Positions 18,585 to 27,039 of a stretch of 33,258 nt of DNA are shown here, in pieces. Numbering within the stretch: position 1 is the first letter of the stretch; each line of letters begins with the position of its first letter. The stretch covers positions 1 to 33,258 of the forward strand of contig JAYPMF010000006.1 of the NCBI GenBank assembly GCA_038129785.1, written 5' to 3'. The DNA comes from Flavobacteriaceae bacterium (lineage in GTDB: Bacteria > Bacteroidota > Bacteroidia > Flavobacteriales > Flavobacteriaceae). A program made the translations under genes and the position numbers. The notes under the pieces were generated by a model. The model made no database searches. It saw nothing but the letters and a program-made list of their open reading frames with translations, and had not been told where the DNA came from.

Positions 18585-20057
18585 ATGATAAGATACCTAT
18601 TACTATTTACTTTTTTCGTTGGTAAAGCCCAGCAAATCACTGGTGTAATGATTGACTCTTTTCAAACTTTTAAAACCTACTCTGATATTAAATACGATGA
18701 ATCATTACGTCCTCAATTTCATTTTTCATCCAAGAAAAACTGGATCAATGACCCTAACGGTATGGTTTATTATAAAGGAGAGTATCATTTATTTTTTCAA
18801 CACAATCCAAAAGCCATCCATTGGGGGAATATGACTTGGGGACATGCGGTAAGTAAAGATATGGTTCATTGGGAGCAACTTCAACACGCCATACTACCCT
18901 ATGGCAATGGCACTATTTTTTCTGGAACCGCCGCAGTGGATTTTCCCAATAGTTTAGGGAAAAACACAGAAGAAGATGAGGCGATAGTTGCCTACTTCAC
19001 GCATGCTCAGAACAACAATAAAGATTTGTTTTATCAAGCAGGAGCCTACAGCATCGATCGGGGGAGAACATTTGAACTAATCGATAAAGGTCGTGCATTG
19101 GTCGAAAACCAAGGTTTTGACAGAGGAGAGCGTGATCCAAAAATTTTTTGGCATGCTCCCTCAAAAAAATGGATACTAATTTTATGGATCAAACGTGCTG
19201 ATAAAAAAAAGTTGAATGATTTGGGAAAAGTCCGTTTTTTTAGCTCTAAAGATTTAAAAAATTGGGAAAAACTGAGTGATTTTAATAGAAAATGGGTTTA
19301 TGAGTGTATGGACATGGTAGAACTTGAAGTTGATGGAAATCCTAACTATAAAAAGTGGTTAATATACGATGCTAGCTTTGATTACGAAATTGGAACATTT
19401 AATGGTTTGAGTCTTTTAACGGATGGTAAAAATCATATTGGTGACTTAGGGGATGCATACTATGCGGCACAAACTTTTAATAACAGTCCAGATGGAAGAA
19501 CCGTAATCATGGGTTGGTTGAGAACAAGTAAAAACAATGTATTTGTGGATAACAACATGCCTTTTAATCAGCAAATGTCATTCCCAGCTAAACTCGAGCT
19601 GAGAACGACTATAAATGGAATTCGACTGTTTCGATGGCCCGTAAAAGAAATTAAAAACTTGTACCATAAAAGCTTAGAGTATCAGAATATTAAAGTTAAA
19701 GTCCTGAATGAAAATTTAAAAAACGAGATTTTTGATGGAATTGATATTTTTATGTCATTCGAACGTAGCAAAACCTCTTCCTTTCATGTAAATATTCGGG
19801 GTCAGATAATTAGCTATCAAAAAGGTAATTTTTATTTTAATGGTGTAATTCTAACTACATTAAATCTCAACAAAGTAAATTTAAGGGTACTTCTTGACCG
19901 AACCACTATAGAAGTTTTTGCAGACGATGGCTTTTCGGTACTTTCTAAATATGCCATTTCAGATTTAAAAGACAATCAAATATCAGTTTGTTCAGATGAT
20001 GAATTACTTTTTGATAGATTTGAGGTACATAAGCTCAAATCTATATGGAGAAAATAG
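18585..20057 (+). CDS. Secreted glycoside hydrolase family 32 (beta-fructofuranosidase/levanase-type)
   Basis: 'NWINDPNGMVYYKGEYHLFFQHNP' (nucleophile motif), 'ERDPKIFW' (RDP) and 'VYECMDMVEL' (EC acid/base). The signal peptide 'MIRYLLLFTFFVGKAQQ' starts at ATG 18585; the ORF track opens at TTG 18549. Confidence 0.88.
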   Translation: MIRYLLLFTFFVGKAQQITGVMIDSFQTFKTYSDIKYDESLRPQFHFSSKKNWINDPNGMVYYKGEYHLFFQHNPKAIHWGNMTWGHAVSKDMVHWEQLQHAILPYGNGTIFSGTAAVDFPNSLGKNTEEDEAIVAYFTHAQNNNKDLFYQAGAYSIDRGRTFELIDKGRALVENQGFDRGERDPKIFWHAPSKKWILILWIKRADKKKLNDLGKVRFFSSKDLKNWEKLSDFNRKWVYECMDMVELEVDGNPNYKKWLIYDASFDYEIGTFNGLSLLTDGKNHIGDLGDAYYAAQTFNNSPDGRTVIMGWLRTSKNNVFVDNNMPFNQQMSFPAKLELRTTINGIRLFRWPVKEIKNLYHKSLEYQNIKVKVLNENLKNEIFDGIDIFMSFERSKTSSFHVNIRGQIISYQKGNFYFNGVILTTLNLNKVNLRVLLDRTTIEVFADDGFSVLSKYAISDLKDNQISVCSDDELLFDRFEVHKLKSIWRK

Positions 20058-20065
20058 ATATTGAA

Positions 20066-21817
20066 TTATTCCACTTTTTTGATTTCGACCCATAACGGAA
20101 AGTAATTGCTTCTCGGTTGTTTTCTGTAAAAAGGGGTAAAATCAAATTTTCCTTTAGGAAGTGAGACGCCCTTCCATTCTAATAGATCTGAATTTGGCAA
20201 GGGGTTGTGTTTTTTTAAGATGCTTTGACCCAATTCTAAAAACATCTGCCCTCCACCATTCAAAGGCTTTAAAAATTTAAATCTTAGGTTGTAAACACCT
20301 TTTTCCAGATCAACTTTCCAGTAAGAAAAAACCTCCTCTTGATTCCAAATACCTCTTTGTCCAGATGCATCGTTACGATTGAGATAAACCGGGTTTTCGT
20401 ATGGAGTCCCAATAGAGATCATGGGAGGTTTAACTAGATTTGGAGACTTGCTAAATTCAGAAAACAATGAATCCATTTCAGTTTTAAGGGAAGTCGCTTT
20501 TTCTTTGTTTTGGAAGATCAAATTGGTTCTTTCCAATGGATCATCTTTGAGGTTATATAATTCAAAGTCATCTATTTTAGCGTCGAAATCTGTTTTACCT
20601 ACAAGCTTAAAGTCACCCCGCTGAAGGGCTACGTTATTGTATTTTTCGGGAAACTTCCTTGTCCAATAGGAAAAAAAACTTCGTTCGGATAAATCTTGGC
20701 CCTCAAGCGCAGAAACAAAACTTCTTCCATCTATCTCTCTATCTTGGGGAAGCGGAACTCCACATAATTGAGAGAGTGTAGGTAGTAGGTCGATATGGGC
20801 AGCCATCTGATCCATTTCTCTATTCCCACTAAATTTAGCGGGATAACGCATAAAAAAGGGAACTCGAATACCTCCGCGGTACACACTGGACTTTCTGCCT
20901 CGCATACCTCCGACAAATCGTGATTGTTGGGGGCCATTGTCAGTCATAAAAATGACGATGGTGTTTTCTTCAATACCCAATACTTCTAATTTTTGAAACA
21001 ATTGATTCAGATTATCATCAATATTGGTAACCATGGCATAAACCTTTCGGGCATCTTCATCACTCTTTTCGTTCATATCGACTAATGGTAAAAGCTCAGG
21101 GTCAATTCCCTCCGAGGGATCAATATCTTCATATATTCGATTGTATTTGTCCGGTACCTGAAGTGGCGTATGAGGTGCATTGAAGGACAAATAACAGAAA
21201 AAAGGTTGTTCGTGGTTTTTTTCGATAAAATTGATAGCATTTTGAGTAAAGATATCTGAACAATATCCTTTGTAAGCTTTTTGTTTATTGTTGTGCCATA
21301 GTACGGGATCAAAATAACTTGTTTCCATTTTAAAGTAGTTGGTAAAATCTCCCACTTGTCCAATACCCCCTGCAAGGTGAATGAGTGACTCGTCAAACCC
21401 CTGATCACTTGGGCGTGAGGGGTAATTGTCTCCCAAATGCCACTTACCAAAAATACCAGTTGTATAATTGACTTTTTTGAGCATTTCTGCAAGGGTAAAT
21501 TCTGATGGGGCCATGATAGCGCCTCCGTTATAGGTGTCTCTTACTCCTGTCCTTAATGAATACCTACCAGTCATCAGACTAGATCGGGTGGGGGCACAAA
21601 CTGGGGAAACATGAAAGTTGCTAAACCGGATACTTTGTTGAGCAAAAGCATCAATGGCCGGGGTTACGATGTTGGGGTTGTTGTGGATACCCAAATCACC
21701 GTAGCCTTGGTCATCTGTAATGATTATAATAACATTAGGAGGAATGGAAACTTCTTTTTTTTGACAACTCATTGAAAATAATACCAGTAAAAGTAGAAGG
21801 GTGCAATTTATTTTCAT
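20066..21817 (-). CDS. Family S1 sulfatase (Cys-type formylglycine), predicted lipoprotein
   Basis: Lipoprotein signal 'LLLLVLFSMSC', 'IIIITDDQGYGD', formylglycine motif 'CAPTRSSLMTGR', 'GKWHLG' and 'IFMTDNGP'; 583 aa. Confidence 0.9.
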   Translation of the reverse strand: MKINCTLLLLLVLFSMSCQKKEVSIPPNVIIIITDDQGYGDLGIHNNPNIVTPAIDAFAQQSIRFSNFHVSPVCAPTRSSLMTGRYSLRTGVRDTYNGGAIMAPSEFTLAEMLKKVNYTTGIFGKWHLGDNYPSRPSDQGFDESLIHLAGGIGQVGDFTNYFKMETSYFDPVLWHNNKQKAYKGYCSDIFTQNAINFIEKNHEQPFFCYLSFNAPHTPLQVPDKYNRIYEDIDPSEGIDPELLPLVDMNEKSDEDARKVYAMVTNIDDNLNQLFQKLEVLGIEENTIVIFMTDNGPQQSRFVGGMRGRKSSVYRGGIRVPFFMRYPAKFSGNREMDQMAAHIDLLPTLSQLCGVPLPQDREIDGRSFVSALEGQDLSERSFFSYWTRKFPEKYNNVALQRGDFKLVGKTDFDAKIDDFELYNLKDDPLERTNLIFQNKEKATSLKTEMDSLFSEFSKSPNLVKPPMISIGTPYENPVYLNRNDASGQRGIWNQEEVFSYWKVDLEKGVYNLRFKFLKPLNGGGQMFLELGQSILKKHNPLPNSDLLEWKGVSLPKGKFDFTPFYRKQPRSNYFPLWVEIKKVE

Positions 21818-22704
21818 CGTGTTTCGATTTTTTGTTTTGTAGGGACAGCTTCCAGATGGGAGCAGACAAAAGTAGCCAAATCAGAAGCTTTTTGGATTAT
21901 TTGTTCTAACGGTTTTTGTTCAAGCCAACCCATCACCGCGGCTGCAGTGAAGGCGTCCCCTGCCCCTACCGTACTTATAATCTCAATCTTACTCTTGGGT
22001 GAATAAGAACAAAAATTATCTTGACTGGCCATTACTGCACCATTTTCTCCTAAGGTAATAATTCCGAATTTGAGATCAAATTCATTGATCAGGAATTGTA
22101 GCCCTCTTTTAAGATTTTTTGAAAAAGAAAGTATTTTTCCAATTTCTAAAAATTCATCCTCATTCATTTTGACTGCATTGGCTAAAACTAGGGATTGGAA
22201 AACCATTTTAGAACTATAATAATCCTGTCTGAAGTTAACATCAAATACTTTCAGGCAGGTGTGAGAGGTAGCATTCAGAATTTTTAAAATGGTATTTTGT
22301 GAAACAGGGTTTCTTTGGGCCAATGTTCCAAAACAGATGGCATCTAGACGTGATGCAATCTTTACTTGAGTTATGTCAAATTCAATTTGATCCCAGGCAG
22401 AATTATCTTTGATATTGTAGTTAGGAATTCCCTTCGAGTCGAGACTCACGATGACACGACCCGTTGGAGAAATGCTACTGAATTGAACCCCGGAGGTATC
22501 TATATTCAAACATTGTAATTCTTCTATGGCTTTTTGTCCTAATTCGTCTTTACCCAAAGCACTCAAAAGGTAACTTTTCGCACCTAATTGTTGAGCATGA
22601 GCTACAAAATTGGCTGGTGCCCCTCCTAGTTTTTTGTCATCTAAAAAAATATCCCATAGCAATTCTCCAATACCCGCAATCTGATATTTTTTATTTTTTG
22701 ACAT
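21814..22704 (-). CDS. PfkB-family carbohydrate kinase (fructokinase-like)
   Basis: PfkB signatures 'GGAPANFVAH' (N-terminal) and 'VGAGDAFTAA' (C-terminal). The 'IGELLWDIF' N-terminus resembles fructokinases. Its TGA stop overlaps the sulfatase ATG (ATGA). Confidence 0.8.
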   Translation of the reverse strand: MSKNKKYQIAGIGELLWDIFLDDKKLGGAPANFVAHAQQLGAKSYLLSALGKDELGQKAIEELQCLNIDTSGVQFSSISPTGRVIVSLDSKGIPNYNIKDNSAWDQIEFDITQVKIASRLDAICFGTLAQRNPVSQNTILKILNATSHTCLKVFDVNFRQDYYSSKMVFQSLVLANAVKMNEDEFLEIGKILSFSKNLKRGLQFLINEFDLKFGIITLGENGAVMASQDNFCSYSPKSKIEIISTVGAGDAFTAAAVMGWLEQKPLEQIIQKASDLATFVCSHLEAVPTKQKIETR

Positions 22705-22919
22705 TTTTAAAGTAGATTCTTATTTACCAATCCTTAAATCTACAAAACAATTGAAAAAGTGTAAGGAGAGCATTACTTTTATTAAAGCAAGATTTTTTAA
22801 AAGGAAATATTTCTAGAAACTATAGTTATGATATACGCATCACTCTTTTTCACTTCAAGATATTTTAAGATTTATAAATATGGTTTTATTTAATTATATT
22901 ATGAAATATTAAAAATAAA

Positions 22920-23834
22920 ATGATTAATAAATCTATCCAGGGAATAATAGCAGCTCCCTTTACTCCTATGAATGAGGTCGGGGAGATCAATCCAAGTATT
23001 ATATTTGATTATGCTCACAAATTAAAAAAGGATGGTCTTTCCGGTGTTTTCGTATGTGGAACAACCGGAGAGGGAATGTCAATGACTTTGGAAGAACGAA
23101 AAGAAATTGCTGAAGAATGGGTGAAGTATCAAGAAAATGATTTTAAAGTGATCGTTCACGTAGGAACCACCTCATTCAAACAATCACAAGAATTGGCCCG
23201 GCATGCGCAGAAAATTGGAGCTTATGGAACCAGCATAATGGGACCCATATTTTTAAAACCGACAAATATTGAACCATTAGTGGATTTTTGTGCCTCAGTA
23301 GCTTGTGCAGCTCCGAATATTCCTTTTTTTTATTATCATATTCCAATAATTTCTGGGATAGAATTATCAATGAAGGATTATTTGGAAATCGCACAAAAAA
23401 AAATTCCAAATCTTGCAGGTATCAAATATACCCATGACAATCTGGTTGAGATGCAACATTGTAATAACGTGGACGGTGGAAAATGGACGATTTTCAATGG
23501 ATTTGATGAAAATTTATTTAAAGTACTAAACATAGGAGTTGAGGCTGCCGTTGGGAGTACATACAATTACATGAATCCCATATATTTGTCATTGATAAAA
23601 GATTTTAAGTTAGGAAATTCTGAAGCAGCACTCAAAAAACAACAAAAATGTAATGATATCATAGCCTCACTTTTCGAAAATGGAGGTCCCATGATTGCGG
23701 GAAAAGCAATCATGAAATGGGTTGGAGTGAATTGTGGTCCTTGCCGTTTGCCCCTTACCAATTTGTCCGATAAATCTCTCTCAAATCTTAGAGATGTTCT
23801 AGAAGCTAAAGACTTTTTTGGATTAAATCAATAA
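22920..23834 (+). CDS. nanA: N-acetylneuraminate (sialate) lyase-type class I aldolase, DHDPS/NAL family
   Basis: 'CGTTGEG', 'FFYYHIP', the Schiff-base lysine context 'LAGIKYT' and the NAL-subfamily motif 'AVGSTYNY'. Long stretches resemble E. coli NanA and vertebrate NPL as I recall them ('FLKP', 'PFFYYHIP', 'RLPL'). Confidence 0.72.
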   Translation: MINKSIQGIIAAPFTPMNEVGEINPSIIFDYAHKLKKDGLSGVFVCGTTGEGMSMTLEERKEIAEEWVKYQENDFKVIVHVGTTSFKQSQELARHAQKIGAYGTSIMGPIFLKPTNIEPLVDFCASVACAAPNIPFFYYHIPIISGIELSMKDYLEIAQKKIPNLAGIKYTHDNLVEMQHCNNVDGGKWTIFNGFDENLFKVLNIGVEAAVGSTYNYMNPIYLSLIKDFKLGNSEAALKKQQKCNDIIASLFENGGPMIAGKAIMKWVGVNCGPCRLPLTNLSDKSLSNLRDVLEAKDFFGLNQ

Positions 23835-23842
23835 AATGTATT

Positions 23843-25282
23843 GTGCTGTCCTCTCTTGATATTTTAGTCATTTCATTTTATTTTTTTTTCATATCAGCAC
23901 TTGGATATTATTATTCTAGAAGACAAAAAAACACAAAAGACTTTTTTAAGGGTGGTGAAAGGGTACCCGCATGGGCGGCAGGATTAAGTCTTTTTGGTAC
24001 TGCTTTAAGTCCTATCACATTTATGGCTATACCTGCTAAGACCTACAGTACGGACTGGTCTTATTTTTTACTTAATATGAGTGTGTTTTTGGCCATTCCC
24101 CTTATTGTTCGTGTCTTCATTCCTTTTTATAGAGAGAAAAATATCAAAACTGCTTATGAATATCTTGAAAGACGATTTAATGTTCTTATACGTTTAATAG
24201 GTAGTGTCTGTTTTATCCTTTATCAAATTGGAAGAATGGGCGTGGTACTTTTTTTGCCCTCTATTGCACTTAATTTGGTGACAGATATGAATATATATGT
24301 TTGTATTTCATTGATGGGTGGGATAAGTTTAATCTATACTTTGATGGGGGGCATAGAGGCAGTTATTTGGACTGATGTGATTCAAGTATTTGTCTTAATG
24401 TCAGGGGTTACGATATCATTATTAATAATTGTGTGGGATACAGATGGTGGATTTAGAAGTATAGTTGAGACTGCTAGGGTAAACGGTAAGTTCAATGTAT
24501 TCGATTTAAACATAAGTATAAAAGAGCCTACTGTTTGGGTAATGCTTCTAGGAGGATTTTTTGTAAACCTTACCACCTATGGAACCGATCATACTATGGT
24601 ACAACGCTATCTGGTAACTCCCACCAAGAAAAAGGCGAAAAAAAGTATCTGGATTGGGGCTTTGCTAACAATTCCCTCTTCATTGATTTTCTTTTTTGTT
24701 GGAACTGCTCTTTTCGTTTTTTACAAAATAAATCCGAGAGCTTTACATTCCGAATTTATTTCAAACGATGCAATCTTTCCCTGGTATATTGTAACTGAAC
24801 TTCCCACAGGGGTTTCCGGACTCCTAATCGCTGCAATATTTGCTGCGGCCATGAGTAGTCTCAGTTCAAGTATGAATTCAGGGGCGGCTTCATTTAGTGT
24901 TGACATATACGACCGACTTGGTTTAGGAAAAAACACAAGTGATCTGAAAACTGCTAGGTGGACTACTTTTTACATAGGAACCCTAGGAATCCTTTTTGCA
25001 TTTTTTATGGCTAGCTATGAAATAAAATCACTTTGGGACGAATTTAATAGAATCTTAGGGTTAATTTTTGGAAGTTTAGGTGGGGTTTTTTTACTAGGAC
25101 TTTTAACCAAAAAAGCCAATTCAAATGGAGTACTCATAGGAGTTCTAGTTAGTTTTTTTACACAAGTTCTTATTAGCAATTATGGCGTTGTTCATCTTTT
25201 GCTTTATGCAGCTAGTGGAGTAATTTCTTGTTTTGTCGTTGGATATACTGCAAGTCTAATTTTTAAATCAAGTCAATCCTAA
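23843..25282 (+). CDS. Sodium:solute symporter (SSS/SSF family) transporter
   Basis: 479 aa with about 13 TM segments. The N-terminal 'FFKGGERVPAWAAGLSLFGTALSPITFMAIPAKTY' is typical of SSF transporters. The GTG start lies 8 nt after the lyase stop. Confidence 0.85.
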   Translation: MLSSLDILVISFYFFFISALGYYYSRRQKNTKDFFKGGERVPAWAAGLSLFGTALSPITFMAIPAKTYSTDWSYFLLNMSVFLAIPLIVRVFIPFYREKNIKTAYEYLERRFNVLIRLIGSVCFILYQIGRMGVVLFLPSIALNLVTDMNIYVCISLMGGISLIYTLMGGIEAVIWTDVIQVFVLMSGVTISLLIIVWDTDGGFRSIVETARVNGKFNVFDLNISIKEPTVWVMLLGGFFVNLTTYGTDHTMVQRYLVTPTKKKAKKSIWIGALLTIPSSLIFFFVGTALFVFYKINPRALHSEFISNDAIFPWYIVTELPTGVSGLLIAAIFAAAMSSLSSSMNSGAASFSVDIYDRLGLGKNTSDLKTARWTTFYIGTLGILFAFFMASYEIKSLWDEFNRILGLIFGSLGGVFLLGLLTKKANSNGVLIGVLVSFFTQVLISNYGVVHLLLYAASGVISCFVVGYTASLIFKSSQS

Positions 25283-25403
25283 ATTTGGTTGTAATATTAA
25301 TTGTCATTTTTTATTGATCAATCAATATTCAAATCAGACATCAAATTGGGCTAAAGTGAGATAAGGTTTTCCTATAATCTTATAAATGGATAATCTTGAA
25401 CTG

Positions 25404-26894
25404 CTAATTCAAAGTGGAAACAGTCACCCCCTGTGATACCTTTTTCTGTAGCTGTTCCAAACTGGATTTATCAATAAAATTACCATCTTTAATAACTGCA
25501 AAAATATCCTTTGTATGAGCAATGTCATCAAGTGGATTCTCACTAAGAAGAAGAAGATCAGCAATAAAATCTTTTTTTACCAGGCCCAGAGAATCTTCCA
25601 TTCTAAAATATTTTGCAGGCTGGTAGGTGGCAGTAACTAATGACTCCAGTTCGCTCAAACCACTTTCTACCATCAATTCCAATTCATAATGAAGACTGAA
25701 ACCGGGAGTCAAGTATCCCAATGGGGTGTCGGTTCCTGCCATCAGTGGAATTTTGGCTTTGGCCATTGCTCCAGTGGTTTTTTGAATCCAATCCGAAAAC
25801 TTTTTTTGTTCAGGATTGATTTTATCGTTTGACCCCAATAAATTTTTTTTCCATTTATCCCTTGTGCTCTTGGGCAGAAGTTCAAAGCTTTTGCGCCAGA
25901 AAGGTTCTCTGAAAATTTTATATATCGGCACCTTGTAAATGGATAAGGTAGGCACCTGATAAGAATTATATTTTTTGATTGTATCTAGAATTTTTTGATA
26001 AGCATCGGGAGAGATATTATTAACAGCAAATTGCTTTTGTGCTCTGTGAATATTAGCACGCAGTTGCCTGCCTGAAAGAAGGGATTTGTTCTGCAGCATC
26101 CTTCTTCGTTCTATCAGCATGGAATCACTGTTCGTGACCGCCTCCAACTCAAGGTTTTTAATGTGTTCCAAACTGTTTAGACCTAGCGACATGGCATGTG
26201 TAATTTCCATACTAAGTGGAACATGACCTGCTAATCGGAGTTTTTCGCGGGCTGCTACAGCAGCAATCGCCTCAAACTGCTGCGGACTTAACATCTCGTA
26301 TGCTTTAAGAAAATCTACCCCCATCGAAACCAACTTTTCTGTTTCCGCAATGCTCTCAGAAACATCTTTGGTACGAATCGAAAGTTCAGGTAGTACCGAT
26401 CCATTGTATACATTAAAATTACCATCTATCAGTGGCCCAGCAATTTTTACTCTAGGATGGGTTTTAGGATACTTTAAAGCATTTTGCCTTATACTATCCA
26501 CATAATGAAATGCTCCACCCGTATCCCTAACACTAGTGATACCGTTACTCAAAAACAATTCTGGCATATGCAGCGCAAGTTGCTGATCAAAATAAAAGTG
26601 TACATGGCTATCCCACAAACCAGGAATCAAGTATTTATCTCTACCCTTAATAATTTTATTTTTTGGAGATAGTTTTAGATCTTCCATTTTAGCAATCTGA
26701 TGAATTTTATTTCCTTTGATAACAACATTCATACCTTTTTTAAGACCATCCAATGGATCAATCACATTGACGTTCTCAATGCAGTAAGCATTCTTAAAAT
26801 AAATTTCACTTTGACAGGAAAAAAGTAGTCCTATAAACAAAAACAAATTAGATAAGAGTTTGAACGAAAAAATTTCTGAAATAAGCTGCGACAT
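25404..26894 (-). CDS. Amidohydrolase-superfamily metallohydrolase, predicted lipoprotein
   Basis: Lipobox 'FIGLLFSC'. Metal-ligand motifs 'GLWDSHVHF' (HxH), 'LAGHVP' and 'MAGTDTP' (Asp). Confidence 0.75.
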   Translation of the reverse strand: MSQLISEIFSFKLLSNLFLFIGLLFSCQSEIYFKNAYCIENVNVIDPLDGLKKGMNVVIKGNKIHQIAKMEDLKLSPKNKIIKGRDKYLIPGLWDSHVHFYFDQQLALHMPELFLSNGITSVRDTGGAFHYVDSIRQNALKYPKTHPRVKIAGPLIDGNFNVYNGSVLPELSIRTKDVSESIAETEKLVSMGVDFLKAYEMLSPQQFEAIAAVAAREKLRLAGHVPLSMEITHAMSLGLNSLEHIKNLELEAVTNSDSMLIERRRMLQNKSLLSGRQLRANIHRAQKQFAVNNISPDAYQKILDTIKKYNSYQVPTLSIYKVPIYKIFREPFWRKSFELLPKSTRDKWKKNLLGSNDKINPEQKKFSDWIQKTTGAMAKAKIPLMAGTDTPLGYLTPGFSLHYELELMVESGLSELESLVTATYQPAKYFRMEDSLGLVKKDFIADLLLLSENPLDDIAHTKDIFAVIKDGNFIDKSSLEQLQKKVSQGVTVSTLN

Positions 26895-27039
26895 TTTATT
26901 AGTTTTTCTAATTATACAAGAACTTATTCAAATGTAAAAATATCTTCCGTCATAACTTTTTAATGCTAACTCGTGAAATTGAGTATTTTTAGATAATTCT
27001 CTAAATTGATTTAAATTCAATCTTCAAATACAATCCCCG

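Noticed and set aside
21082-21492. 136-aa same-strand alternative-frame ORF inside the sulfatase gene, the longest unexplained ORF in the window
   Set aside because: The sulfatase frame is conserved throughout this stretch, while the alternative frame has no recognisable domain or signal and no plausible start context. I treat it as chance, although it is long for AT-rich DNA.
25312-25327. Palindrome tattgat-ca-atcaata (contains GATC) between the convergent symporter and amidohydrolase genes
   Set aside because: The 2-nt spacer cannot form an RNA hairpin, so it is not a terminator. It lies downstream of both genes, so an operator role is unlikely, and this is a short AT-rich palindrome that chance could produce.
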